A stretch of DNA of 64,000 bases. Origin: Eledone cirrhosa. Lineage: Eukaryota. A model generated the notes under the pieces. The model saw only the letters and a program-made list of their open reading frames with translations, was not told the DNA's origin and did no database searches. The translations under genes were made by a program, and so were the position numbers. The stretch is from contig OZ024743.1 in the NCBI GenBank assembly GCA_964016885.1, positions 352,966,001 through 353,030,000 of the forward strand. Direction: 5' to 3'. Shown piece after piece: positions 1-13,913 of the stretch (its first letter is position 1; every line of letters begins with the position of its first letter).

Positions 1-37
1 CTTACTGTGGTTACCTCCGATTCAACCCGGAATAACG

Positions 38-68
<31 letters not shown>

Positions 69-210
69 ATACTTTGGGAGGGTCATGTTGCCAATAAGAA
101 ACACACGCACCAGTTGCTTTCACTTCAATTTATTATATATTTATAAATTTATAAATTTATAAATTTCTGGTTGGTTGGTTGGTTCCACAACCAGATAGTT
201 GTTTATATAT

Positions 211-255
211 AGTCATAGTTCTTTCGTCACACACTCTGTGACCTCTTCAGTGACT
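211..255 (-). ncRNA. Minimal type I hammerhead ribozyme in PLE pLTR
   Basis: Minus strand reads AGUCA CUGAAGA G GUCACA gagug UGUGAC GAAA GaaC UA UGACU: stem I, intact core, 6-bp stem II, minimal stem III, CUA site. Confidence 0.85.
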
Positions 256-1233
256 GGGGATTCCTTTCTTTGTTTCTGTGTCTCTCCTTTGTTCTGTCCT
301 ACGCCATTTTGTTTCTGTGTGTGTGTTGTGTGCTCAGTCTGCGCATGCGCCACATCCGGGTGTCTGTGTGTTTATGTTCATTTATTTATTTGTTTATTTA
401 CATGTTACTGGTTGGTTGTTTGTTCTATGTGTGTGTGTGTTTTCATTTTGTCCTTAATTGTAAGTTGTGATGTTGATGTTGCACTCATATTTTCTATTTA
501 ATTTTGGTTGTAATTCTTTTATGTTTATTGCCTCTGTAATTTGTCTAAACATTGCGTCTTTTCTGTGTGTAGATTCTATTTATATTTCTATGTTCTCTAA
601 TTTACCCTTGTGTTCTATTTTAGCATGTTGGTAGAGTACAGATGATTCTTTATTATCTTGAAGGTCTCGCCAGTGTTCATTTATCCGTTCCCCTACACTA
701 CGAGCTGTCTTACCTATGTACACTATATTTTTGTCTCTACATTGTCCTTCAGTACATCTTATGCTATACACTACATTTCTAGTTTTACAGTTAATATGGG
801 GGCTTATTTTACAGGTTATACATTTCTTATCTATACATGAGGGTCTTTGAAAAGGGTATGTCTTGCTAATAAGTGTTTTTACGGAGGTACCTGGTCTTTT
901 TACTATCTTAATATTGAGTTAATGTTTATTTAGGGCCCTTCTAAATTTGTAAGCTAATTCACCTCTAGGGGTTGTATCGATGAACATTACACTCTGGTAT
1001 TTATTGCTATCATACCATGAGTTTATTCTATTAGCCTTGTTCCTAGTTCTTTTTATTCTATTCCAAAATTTGCTCCTATACAAGGGGCAGGTCCCATTTA
1101 TGTCATTATTTACCATTTTTTCCCATTTGGTTCTGGCTCCTCTATACACTCTGATTTTATCTCTCTGATTGTAGCCAGAGAACTGCATACGGTGGATGAA
1201 GTGTTGTATGTGTCTCTCTAGTTCTTCGGGGTT

Positions 1234-2916
1234 TCACATGCGGGACACATTTCTCATCACCCGTACCAAATCCGCAATCAGTATGTTGATTTTGGTATGG
1301 TCCGAAATGGCCGAGTTTCGGTGGATCAGATGTTTGGAAGTCATGGGTTTGGCATAATGGTAATGGAGGATTTGTTTTTTGTTGTTAATGGTATCTAACC
1401 AGAGCTCTGTGTCTAGTACAGGTAATCGATGGTTGGGGTGTTTACTTGGGTAGTCTATAGTAACTCTAATGCTCTGGGGGATGGAGTTTGCTATTTGCTG
1501 GATGCTTTCCATTGTGTTTTTCTCTAGTTCCTGACTGTTCTCTAGTGGGGGTGTCTTAACTACGATGTTTATATCATCTAAGTAGCGGGAGTACATTATC
1601 AGGGTTAAGGGGTCTTCTAATTGTTCTTTAAGTTTAAGTTTAAGTCTACTGTCCCACCATACCATGAATAAGTTAGCTATGTCGCCTGCAATGCTAACAC
1701 CAATGGCTGCTCCTTCCTCTTGGGCATATGTTTTTCCATTAAATTTGAACATATGTCCCTTAAGGGTTAGTTTTATGCTGGCCCCTACCGCATGTGCAAT
1801 CATTTTCTTCAGTTCATCGTGGTTTTCGGGTGTCCGTATGGCTCTGGTCCACCCGTTCCATCTATCTGTGTGGGTTTTCTTGGCCATTGAGGTAATGGTA
1901 GGTGGTCTGCCTCTTGCTGGTCTTGTAGGGCACAGGTTGCTAAGGTCATATGTGTCTAAGTAATTATTACTATAGGTAAGCTTAAGTAGGAGTCCCAGCT
2001 CACTGGTATCAATCCCACGGAACTCAACCTTGCTCTCACTGATCATTTCTACGCATTTCTCCACAGCAAAATCCACGTCAATAGATGGATACAGGGACAC
2101 AACATCCATACTGCCTATTATGCAGTTTGTTAGGTCCCCAGATCGGTTACCCACGCCGATTCTGCTGGGGAGGTCCTCCGTGCTGTCACATACATCTGGG
2201 GACATTTCAATGATGGGGCGTATGATCAGGGAGAGGAAGTAGGACAGTCTGTAGTTACTAGCAATGTTAGCTCCACAGACTGGCCGTGTTGGTGGTCCCG
2301 CGACAGGGTCACAGCCCGTTTTATGGTCTTTCCGAAGCCCATACAACGCCGGCACGTCATTGTTCCAGGCCTGGAAGTTGTTGGCAGTCCTTTTGTTGGG
2401 CTGCATTATATTCGTCCACATCACTATATGGGCATTGAGGGCTTTTTCTCTATCCTCATGCTCCTGTGGTGTTACCTCTCTTGTGTTAGTGATGTGGGGT
2501 TGCATTGCCTGGATGTAGTTTGGCAGGCTGTCAACCGACATTCTGCCAGACTTGTCTGTTGGAAAGCATGCTATCTCTCCATTACGCGAGCGCTGCATGA
2601 GCTTACGCAAGCCATTTGCAGATTTTTCTCCCAGTTGCTGGGCCTCCATTCTATTATGCTTCTTGCTATACTGTTCTATAATATTTCTAAGTTCGGATCT
2701 AGCTATACTAAATTGTGCTTCTGTTTGTTCATCGACCTGCGACGGCAATTGCGTGCGTTTGTTAAATGGTAAAGTCGTGGCGTGGACTCGTCGCAGGTCG
2801 AATGATTTATCGGAGGGATTATAAAACGTAGTTCCAGGCTGCTGCTTTATGTGTACTAGTGCTATTGTTATTGTTAGTTGTGTTGTTTCTATTTCTATTT
2901 CCACCAACAGCCTCAT
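1234..2916 (-). pseudogene. PLE reverse transcriptase (frameshifted upstream, premature stop)
   Basis: RT motifs as above. The reading frame continues past the TGA at 1234 into the 919..1188 and 580..771 pieces. Upstream ORF 2913..3620 (LCLTPKFA, SEIEKSFTKLRW) is the N-terminal part in another frame. Confidence 0.9.
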
Positions 2917-3987
2917 GGTTGTTTCTGTCTCTCATAATTACTCCTGTCTCTTTCCACTGGCTCATTGTTGTTATCTACCCTATTTTGTGTGTCTGTGTGT
3001 TCGTCTTGGTTATTCTCTTTGTCCTTAGTCTCCCTTCTTTTAATCCTATTACTTTCCCTTATTTCTGTGATTTCTGTGCTACTGTCATTACTTGTTTTCT
3101 GTGTCTGTGTGTTTGTTAAGATTGTGGTGGTGGTGAGAGGCATTGAATGCGTGTGTGTTGTTGTTGTTGATGTGTGCTGTTGTTGATGTGTGCTGTTGTT
3201 GATGTGTGTTGTTGTTGTCTCCGTGTGTGTTATTGTTGTTGTGTGTGTTGTTATTGTTGTTTGTGTCTGCGTGTCTGTTGTTGTTGTTTCTGGGTATGTT
3301 GTTATTGTTGTTGTTGTTGGTGTGTGTGTTGTTGTTATTGTTGTTTGTGTCTGTGTGTCTGTTGTTGTTGGGATGTGTGTTGTATATGTGTGTGCGTATA
3401 TTGTTGCTTTTGTTTTGTTTTTGTTTTTGAGGCTCCAGCGTAGTTTTGTAAATGATTTTTCTATTTCTGACAGACAACTAATCATATTTACCTTCTTGAA
3501 TGTCGCAAATTTCGGGGTTAAACATAACACAGACATCTCATCGTCATCTATTCTTGTGTTACCATATATATTTGTGTTGTTGTTGTTGTTGAACTCTTCT
3601 GTTAATGAGGTGTCGGCCATATTTATACCGTCAATTTTGTCGGGATATCTATTGGTATTCTCTATAGTATCCTGATTTAGCTTTATCTGCTTAAGCCACT
3701 TTAGTTTCTTGTTAAAGTGCTTATCACATTCTTGAGTAATGTATTGTTCTTCAGGGCGTATAAGGCTTATAAATATTAGTTTCTCTCTTGGTGTGGTGAT
3801 CCTAGCTATTTCTTGTATTAGGTTACGCTTATGTTTTTCTTGATGACTTAATTCTCTATAGATCTTCTTTTTTATGTTTAGAATTAATGTTCGTTTTAGC
3901 CTATCTGCTTGTTTTTTGGTGAGTTGTAATCTTCTAACGTCGGTGTTGATGGTGTTGGTGTAAACTCGGGATGAGGCACATTCTTTT

Positions 3988-5593
3988 CCTTAACCCTGAT
4001 AATGTACTCCCGCTACGTAGATGATATAAACATCGTAGTTAAGACACCCCCACTAGAGAACAGTCAGGAACTAGAGAAAAACACAATGGAAAGCATCCAG
4101 CAAATAGCAAACTCCATCCACCAGAGCATTAGAGTTACTATAGACTACCCAAGTAAACACCCCAACCATCGATTACCTGTACTAGACACAGAGCTCTGGT
4201 TAGATACCATTAACAACAAAAAACAAATCCTCCATTCCCATTATGCCAAACCCATGACTTCCAAACATCTGATCCACCGAAACTCGGCCATTTCGGACCA
4301 TATCAAAATCAACATACTGATTGCGGATTTGGTACGGGTGATGAGAAATGTGTCCCGCATGTGCAACCCCGAAGAACTAGAGAGACACATACAACACTTC
4401 ATCCACCGTATGCAGTTCTCTGGCTACAATCAGAGAGATAAAATCAGAGTGTATAGAGGAGCCAGAACCAAATGGGAAAAAATGGTAAATAATGACATAA
4501 ATGGGACCTGCCCCTTGTATAGGAGCAAATTTTGGAATAGAATAAAAAGAACTAGGAACAAGGCTAATAGAATAAACTCATGGTGTGATAGCAATAAATA
4601 CCAGAGTGTAATGTTCATCGATACAACCCCTAGAGGTGAATTAGCTTACAAATTTAGAAGGGCCCTAAATAAACATTAACTCAATATTAAGATAGTAAAA
4701 AGACCAGGTACCTCCGTAAAAACACTTATTAGCAAGACATACCCTTTTCAAAGACCCTCATGTATAGATAAGAAATGTATAACCTGTAAAATAAGCCCCC
4801 ATATTAACTGTAAAACTAGAAATGTAGTGTATAGCATAAGATGTACTGAAGGACAATGTAGAGACAAAAATATAGTGTACATAGGTGAGACAGCTCGTAG
4901 TGTAGGGGAACGGATAAATGAACACTGGCGAGACCTTCAAGATAATAAAGAATCATCTGTACTCTACCAACATGCTAAAATAGAACACAAGGGTAAATTA
5001 GAGAACATAGAAATATAAATAGAATCTACACACAGAAAAGACGCAATGTTTAGACAAATTACAGAGGCAATAAACATAAAAGAATTACAACCAAAATTAA
5101 ATAGAAAATATGAGTGGAACATCAACATCACAACTTACAATTAAGGACAAAATGAAAACACACACACACATAGAACAAACAACCAACCAGTAACATGTAA
5201 ATAAACAAATAAATAAATGAACATAAATACACACAGACACCCGGATGTGGCGCATGCGCAGACTGAGCACACAACACACACACAGAAACAAAATGGCGTA
5301 GGAAAGAACAAAGGAGAGGCACAGAAACGAAGAAAGGAATCCCCAGTCACTGAAGAGGTCACAGAGTGTGTGACAAAAGAACTATGACTATATATAAACA
5401 ACTATCTGGTTGTGGAACCAACCAACCAACCAGAAATTTATAAATTTATAAATTTATAAATATATAATAAATTGAAGTGAAAGCAACTGGTGCGTGTGTT
5501 TCTTATTGGCAACATGACCCTCCCAAAGTATAACAATATCGGTTTCAACACACGATTTCAGATAAAGAATCTTGCTAAACAAATTCAGAAACG

Positions 5594-5596
<3 letters not shown>
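3988..5596 (+). mobile_element. Penelope-like element, shorter arm inverted relative to 62..1610, with full 3' tail
   Basis: Near-identical reverse complement of 62..1610. ORFs 4002..4679 (YVDD) and 4827..5018 (GIY-YIG). Extra ~57 nt tail, then (TA)n. Confidence 0.93.
5345..5389 (+). ncRNA. Hammerhead ribozyme copy with G12A core mutation (probably inactive)
   Basis: Same as 211..255 but reads TGTGACAAAAGAAC instead of TGTGACGAAAGAAC. Confidence 0.75.
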
Positions 5597-5629
<33 letters not shown>

Positions 5630-5634
<5 letters not shown>

Positions 5635-5837
5635 ATATTAATATATGGAAACTATATTTATAAAACCATATTTATTTCATTATACATATTTCAAGGACAC
5701 CAAAGCAAATTATGGTGCGCTTTCATCAGATAAAATTAATATATTGTATTTTTACTCCAAAAATTTGTTGAGTGCTTTATATCAGTTATAAAAAATATTT
5801 GCTTGTTGTATCCCAACATATTAAATATAACTTCTAC

Positions 5838-5838
<1 letters not shown>
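5630..5838. mobile_element. Short PLE pLTR remnant (inverted part with hammerhead-like core, plus tail)
   Basis: Homologous to 34190..34640 and 62064..62260. Minus strand has CTGATGA...GAAATATGTA. Flanked by (TA)n. Confidence 0.65.
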
Positions 5839-5872
<34 letters not shown>

Positions 5873-6001
5873 GGGGGGGGGGGTATGTTCATATATATAT
5901 ATACATTGTGGTGCGAGATGACCTTCTAGAGATGTCTTAATGAAGACGAGGAGTCTCTCGCATCACAATATATATATATATTAATGAACATACCCCCCCT
6001 C

Positions 6002-6046
<45 letters not shown>

Positions 6047-6338
6047 GCACATATACACATACATAAACATACAGTTATGAAAGGTATGTAGACCAATGAT
6101 GTTGACCAGTTCTTTGTAAACAAATACATTCGATGTTCAGAGAGTGGGATTGGCTCCGTGCAAAGCCTTTCCTCACTAAAAAAAGCTTCAAGCACAGGCA
6201 TCGCTTGTTATGTAACATTTTTTGCGATGCATGGTATTGCTGGCCATAGGCAAGTCCCTAGCAGGACTAAAAAGTCACGTCCGTGATGCTCATGCTTAAA
6301 GATTCCAGCGATGGCATTACTCAAAATTGTGTTGCAGT

Positions 6339-6426
<88 letters not shown>

Positions 6427-6427
6427 A

Positions 6428-6557
<130 letters not shown>

Positions 6558-7977
6558 GAATGGATCACCCTCGGTTTGGACGGTGAGTGCTCCAGTTGCC
6601 TGCTTGTGAAATTAACGTGTAAGTGGCTGAGCATTTCACCGACATATGTTACAACGCTGGTGTTTTGAATTACAGTCCATCCAATTTCACACACAAGTTT
6701 TAAAACCTGGGACCTGATGAATGCGAAGTGAACTTAACCGTTTGGCCATGCTGCATATACATGTATATGCATACATGTATACATTCATGCATGATGCCTG
6801 CAAACTCAGCTAAGAGTTCTGCAACCACTTGTCAGATTATAGAGTTTGGTGCACTTTTAGGCTACAGCCAGCCACACGAGCCTATAACATATCCGGAACA
6901 AGCAATGCCTGTGCTTTGAGTGTTTTTTTAAGTGGAGAAAGGCCTTGTACTCGGCCAATCCCACTCTCTGAGTATCGAAAACACTATCCAAAAAGGAGGA
7001 CTGGTAAACAACACCTGATGCTTCCGAAGCCGCGGGTGTTTTTTTTTCCAGAGTTTAGACGGGTTACTTGGTATAATGCTCCATTTAATCTACAAATTAA
7101 AGATAATATCCCTAAAAAATTGTTTACTATCCTAAAGAAAAACTTCCCGCCAAACCATAAATACGATCAAATTTTAAATAGATCAACTGTCAAATTTTCC
7201 TACTCCACTACCAAAAATATACAACAAAATATAAGTGCGTACAACGCATATAAATGTAAAAAAAAACACGAATATACCACCAACACATCAAACCAACCAT
7301 AATACTAAAATAAACCGCAACAAACCACCATCTCCTTCACCTATAACAAGTCGAGTAAATTCCACACCAAATTTGACTAACTCCCCTGATATAATATTCA
7401 CGCATGGTTGTAACTGTAGAATCAAAAGAAATTGTCCATTAAAGGGAAATTGTCTTATTAATAACATAGTCTATAAATGTAAAATTAGCACTAAGGACTC
7501 CACTTATTCATATATAGGAGCTACGTCTAACCAATTTAAAGTAAGATTTAATATCCACAAACATAGTTTTAAAAATGCCGCATTAGCTAATACAACATCC
7601 TTGGCTGAAACAATTAATAATTATAGAAAGAAGAATATCAATTACAACCTGACCTGGAGTATGCTCAAAAGGGCTACCCCTTATCAAAATAACAGATACG
7701 AGTGTAGATTATGCTCCCAGGAACTTTTTGAAATCATGAAATCTAAGGATATCCTGTTAAATAAGCGACAGAAATTAATTATATCTTGCAATCATAGAAT
7801 TAGAAGAACCTTCAAATATTATAAACCCAATTAATATACACCTTACACTTATATTTTACATATTATTATAATTAGTTTTTTTTAAATTTAGTTAACCTAT
7901 AACTAGTACTTTACTACAGAGAACTTCATAATTTTATTTCCCTCTTACAGCTATCTTTTCCTAAAATTAATACCTAA

Positions 7978-8305
7978 AAGTATACCTATAAATTAATTTA
8001 ATTTCCTGGTATGAATCTAGATTGCTTGTAGTTTATATAAGATTGGTATTTCTCACTACTACCCTTATCCCAAAATTTTACTTTCCTTCGTTTTTAACAA
8101 CACTCTTTAATAACATCTAATTCTTATTTATCACATTCATATGAATCAATATAAATTTATCCCTATAAGTATACCTATCAATTAATTTAATTTCTTGTTA
8201 TAGATCTAGCTTCCTTGTGGTTTAAATAAGATTGGTATTTCTCACTAATACCCTTACTCTAGAATTTTATTTTCCTTCGTTTTTAACATTATTCTTTAAT
8301 AACAT
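7978..8305 (+). repeat. Two diverged ~190-bp direct repeats in the PLE 3' UTR
   Basis: aagtatacctat..aattaatttaatttc...gattggtatttctcacta...ctctttaataacat occurs at ~7978 and ~8167. Confidence 0.8.
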
Positions 8306-8546
8306 AAAATTTTCGTGTACTCTTCACTGGCTTGACCTCTTTTCATCCCCAAAGTATTCTTTTCATTCAAAGTATTATTTCCATTAAAAACATAAGTCTG
8401 CACTCCTCTAGCCCTAAATTAAAATTCTACTACTACTATTCTATCAACTTGACCTCTAACTACTTTTCTATTGGTCAATTCAAAACCTGCTCCCAAACAG
8501 ACCTTTTATATTAAATCTTTGTTGTTGTTTTTTCAATAAACAAATC

Positions 8547-8682
8547 TCATCATTTCTGAAGACAGCATGTATATGTGAAGGTATGTATATTTCCTCTGAT
8601 AGTTTGTAATATTTTTACATAGATCTATATGATATACATACCAACACACATATACATCCTAGAAACGATCGTAAAATGATGA
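8547..8682 (+). ncRNA. Type I hammerhead ribozyme with extended stem II
   Basis: UCAUCAUUU CUGAAGA [~99 nt, atgtatatgtg pairs with cacatatacat] GAAAC GAUC GUA AAAUGAUGA; 9-bp stem I. Confidence 0.82.
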
Positions 8683-8878
8683 ATTTTTTAATATAAGGAA
8701 CTTGTTCTTTGTTTTTATTCATTGTTTTTATTAATTTTATTAAATGATCATAGGAAATATTATTTCCTATGATTTTCATCGAAAATTTTTGAATGCATCT
8801 TCTCTTTTCATGATATTTGGATTACATTGAGTTCTTCATACGGATTGGACACTACCGTATATTTTGGTAGATTTATCT

Positions 8879-8924
<46 letters not shown>

Positions 8925-9018
8925 GAAGTAATTCCGTCGGAAAGGTTCAGGAAAAAAGAGTGCTCTATGTATGGTTACAGAGCTTAATAGTTATGTAATA
9001 AACAACATAAGGTAATTA

Positions 9019-9079
9019 TTTCATTTACCAGTGGTTTCTTGAAACCAAACAAATTTTGCTTTCAATCATCAGAATGAAA
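9019..9079 (-). ncRNA. Type I hammerhead ribozyme (inverted pLTR)
   Basis: Minus strand: UUUCAUU CUGAUGA UUGAAAGCAAA..UUUGGUUUCAA GAAA CC acu GG UA AAUGAAA. Confidence 0.85.
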
Positions 9080-10979
9080 AAATCCTGGTGTATTTATTGA
9101 TATTGGATTTTAAAAACAAAAATATAAAAAAATCTTAAGAAAAATAATTCTCAAAATTAGAACTAAGACTGACTTATCACAATGGTTAAATACATTCTCT
9201 GTTATTTCTTGGTTTAATAATATACAAGGTAAAAATAAGTGTACATTTACCCAATTTGATATTGTTGATTTTTACCCCTCTATTACTGTTTCCTTATTAA
9301 CTAAAGCCTTAGATTTTGCAAGACCCTTCATTAATATTTCTAAATTAGAAGAAGACATTATCTTTGATGCTAGAAAAACTCTACTCTTTACTAATGAAAG
9401 TATTTGGGTTAAAAAGTCAAACCCTGAAAACTCTTTTGATGTTGCAATGGGTTCATATGACAGTGCGGATGTGTGTGACTTAGTAGGATTATTCCTTAAA
9501 GAGAAATTTACTTCCCATAATATCGGTTTATACTGTGACGACGTATTGGCAGTTTCTCATACCACCAACGGCCATAACCTTGATAAATTCCGTAAAGATT
9601 TAATCAATACTTTTACTAATCGTAATCTTAAAATTACTATAGATACGAACCTTACCAATGCTAATTTTCTTGACATTAATCTTCAACTACTTACTGCCTC
9701 TTTTAAACCTTATCATAAACCTAACGAAAATCTTAGATATATACACAAAGAGTCTTGCCATCCCCCTATAGTTTTTAAAAATCTTATTCCTAACATTAGC
9801 CGTAGGATTTCTACCTTATCTTCGTCTCTAGACATTTTTAACAAAGCCGCCCCTTATTATAATAAAGCCCTTAATAACAGCGGATTTACAGAACACATTA
9901 ATTATTTACCTACTCCTCCCCCTAAAACTAACCACAATAATAGGAAAAGGAAAATTATTTGGTTTACACCCCCTTCTTTCTAACTGTCAAAACTAATGCA
10001 GGAAGGAAATTCCTTGACCTCTGAGACAAACATTTTCCTCCTAATCATAGATATCATAAGATATTTAATAGAAATGTAGTTAAAATCAGTTACTCTTGCT
10101 GCCTATCAATGAAGTTTAAAATCACCAATTCTAATCGTACGAGAATAAATCCAGGATGCAGTTGCAGGAAGCCGGATGAATGCCCATTATAGGGCAAATG
10201 TAACACCAAATCCGTTTTATATGAGACCAAAGTGACACCTTTAATTAACAACCAGCCAGCCAGGAGTGAACGATATGTTGGCATGACTCAGGATAGGTTT
10301 AAAACCAGGTTTTATGCACATGTTGCTTCTTTTAAACACTCCGATAAAAGAACAGCAACGGCTCTCGCAAATAAGGTGTGGGAATTCAAGGATAAAAACA
10401 TCCTGTACTCTATCGATTGGTCTATTTTAGACCATTCGAGGGAGTACCAAAGGGGCACAAAGAATTGTTCTTTGTGTACCACTGCAAAATTTAGGATTTT
10501 ACAAAACTTGAAAGCCACTTCAACTTGCCTGAACTCCAAGACCGAGATCTTCAGATGTTGTCCTCACCTGAAATCACATCTGATCTGTAACTGGATTGAC
10601 ATTCCTACGATGACTCAACCACCTTGAACTTCTTCTCTGCTCTCTACGCCTTACATCCACTACGATTTTTATTATTTTCTGAACTCACTTTCTGTACTCT
10701 TATATTCTTTTTCTCCCTTATCTCCCCTTATATTTAAACTTTTTCCTATGTCATTTATTTTCCTTATTCCTCCCTACTTTCTACCTTACCCTTTACATAC
10801 CCACCTTTTTATTTTTAGATATTTATTTCTGTGTGTGTGTTGTGTATATGTGTATATATGTATATATATATATATATGTATGTATATGTATATGTATATA
10901 TAATATATATATCTGTATGTATATGTATGTGTGTATATAATTGTATTTTTTATATGTATCTGTTGTAATTGTGTGTGTG

Positions 10980-11018
<39 letters not shown>

Positions 11019-11616
11019 ATGTGTGTGTGTGTGATTATATGTGTGTGTGTGTATATGTGTATTTTTTATATATATATATATTTGTGTGTATTTATATAAT
11101 AGCCTCAGAAACGGCTTGAGCTCTGCCGTCGGGGTCATACTTTTGCCTATATGTATATATATATATATATATATATGTATATGTGTGTATATGTATGTAT
11201 ATATGTATGGTTGTATGTGTGCGTGTGTGTGTGTGTGTGTATATATATGTATATGTATGTGTATGTATATGCATAATTACATACAGAGGGATTTAATGCT
11301 TATTTTCATTGATTATTTGCTCCAGGAACTTGTTGAGTGCTCTAAATCAGCTATAAACATTTATACCCTTATCTATTTATTTATTCATTTATTATCTGCC
11401 GTATTCCCAACTATTTGTTTACCCCTTTCATCTTTTTATTTTTATATATATAATATTTATGTATTTTCTTATATATATATATATCTATATACATGTGTGT
11501 GTATATATATATATGTATATATTTAAGAGTTAAACATGGTTCAATGATTACATCTAAGAATGAGTTTAAACACATACATGTGTGTGTATGTATTTATATG
11601 TATGTGTGTGTGTATG

Positions 11617-11656
<40 letters not shown>

Positions 11657-12042
11657 TGTATGTATGTATGTGTATGTATATGTGTATGTATATGTATGTG
11701 TATATGTATATGTATCTGTATGTGTGTGTTGTGTATGTATTTATTTATATGTATGTATGTGTATGTGTAATTGTGTGTATTGCTTACCAAGTGTGTTTGT
11801 TCATTTATTTGTTTCCTGTATCGCTGTCAACTTTATAATAATTTTTACATTTATTTTTATTCTTATGTGACGCCCTATATGGTTGTCTATTATATTTTTT
11901 GTGTGTGTGCGTATGTAGGTGTGTGTACATATCTATCTATATTTGTGTGTGCGTATGTATGCGTGTATATATGTGTGTATGTATGTGTGCGTATGTACGT
12001 GTGTATATATGTATGATTATGTGTGTATATATATATATATAA

Positions 12043-12078
<36 letters not shown>

Positions 12079-12200
12079 GTGTCTGTGTGTGTTTGTGTAT
12101 TTGTGCGTATGTGTATGTATGGATATGTGGATATATATGTGTGTATGTATGTATATGTATATGTTGTGTATTTGTACGTGTATGTATATGTGTATGTATG

Positions 12201-12269
<69 letters not shown>

Positions 12270-12432
12270 ATATATATATGTGTATGTATATGTGTGTGTG
12301 TATGTATATGTGTGTGTATGTGTGTGTGCATGTGTGTTTATTTTTCCTTTCCTTCTTCCTTTTCCAGCCTCACTTTCATATAGATTATATTTTTGTTTTT
12401 AAAATCCAATGTCAATAAATACACCAGGATTT

Positions 12433-12493
12433 TTTCATTCTGATGATTGAAAGCAAAATTTGTTTGCTTTCAAGAAATCACTGGTAAATGAAA
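12433..12493 (+). ncRNA. Type I hammerhead ribozyme (3' pLTR)
   Basis: UUUCAUU CUGAUGA UUGAAAGCAAA auuug UUUGCUUUCAA GAAA UC acu GG UA AAUGAAA; 7-bp stem I, 11-bp stem II. Confidence 0.87.
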
Positions 12494-12518
12494 TAATTAC
12501 CTTATGTTGTTTATTACA

Positions 12519-12643
<125 letters not shown>

Positions 12644-12682
12644 TGTGTATGCACACGTACACACATATATATGCACAAATAA

Positions 12683-12792
12683 CAAATCCCGCCGAGGTTA
12701 ACTTTGCCTTTCATCCTTACGGGGTCGATAAAATAAAGTACCAGTAATGCACTGAGTAATTGCTGGCCTTGTGCCAAAAGTAGAAACTATTA
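12683..12792 (+). mobile_element. SINE fragment of the dominant family
   Basis: Core aaatcccgccgaggttaactttgcctttcatccttacggggtcgataaaataaagtaccag, shared with copies at ~20260, 21100, 30590, 49790, 52400 and 54530. Confidence 0.75.
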
Positions 12793-13183
12793 TTAATATT
12801 CGATATAACCCATACGTACATATGTATGTATATATGTGTATGTATGTATATATATATATGTGTGTGCGTGTGCATACTTACATTTATGTATCAGCTGTGC
12901 TAGGGCGAGAAATTCTAATTTTATATATATATTGTGGGGCTGTGTGGAGGAGGTGACGTCAGATGTGGACGCTTGGCCGGAGGCGGAGGAGGAGTGAGAG
13001 GAGATGCGTTTCCGGGGCGGCATCCGGAAGTCTTCCTTTTTAGGGTGACTTTGGAGCAAGACGGACGTACCGGATTAAGCTGCAGCTTGGCGACTTGATG
13101 AGTCTCTTGAGCGAGTCTCTTGAAAAGCTGGAAACTATCGATAGTCGGGACTAGAAGAACTTTGGTAAAGTTTATATACATTT

Positions 13184-13598
<415 letters not shown>

Positions 13599-13844
13599 AG
13601 AGAGAAAGAGAGAGAGAGAGAAAAATAGAAAAAGAGAGAAAGAGAGAGAGAGAGAGGGGGGGGGGAGAAAAATATTTAATTTTAAAATTTAAAAGCCGCT
13701 TTCAAATGTTAGACCTTTGCTGTATTACCCACGGGAATGGCGTCAATTGCCGTATTATCTCATTGAAGCAAATTTCTTGTGTCAATTTAATCGAGGTCTC
13801 CCCTCCCCCCCAAATTGCAGGCCTTGTGCCTATAGTAGAAATCT

Positions 13845-13913
<69 letters not shown>

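Larger units (their letters stand above)
62..3987 (-). mobile_element. Penelope-like retroelement, long 5'-truncated arm (RT + GIY-YIG, disrupted)
   Basis: ORF 1234..2916 carries PLE RT motifs (TDKSG, LYGLRKDHK, SMDVVSLYPSI, QEEGAAIG, YSRYLDD, LPVLD). Downstream is GIY-YIG (NVVYSIRC...VYIGKTARS..ERINEH). A hammerhead lies in the 3' pLTR and the element abuts (TA)n. Confidence 0.93.
7055..8880 (+). mobile_element. 5'-truncated Naiad-like PLE (GIY-YIG end + 3' UTR with hammerhead)
   Basis: RRVTWYNAPF, NRSTVKFSYS, CNCRIKRNCPLKGNC, NIVYKC..YIGAT..FKVRFNIH, CRLC, LLNKR in ORFs 6829..7302 and 7235..7834. Ends at (TA)n. Confidence 0.88.

Noticed and set aside
1234-1236. TGA in place of a Cys codon (TGC in the other arm), suggestive of selenocysteine as reported for some Naiad PLEs
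   Set aside because: Present in only one of two sister arms, not at a conserved zinc-finger Cys, and no SECIS recognised; the Naiad-like copies here use normal Cys codons. A point mutation is simpler.
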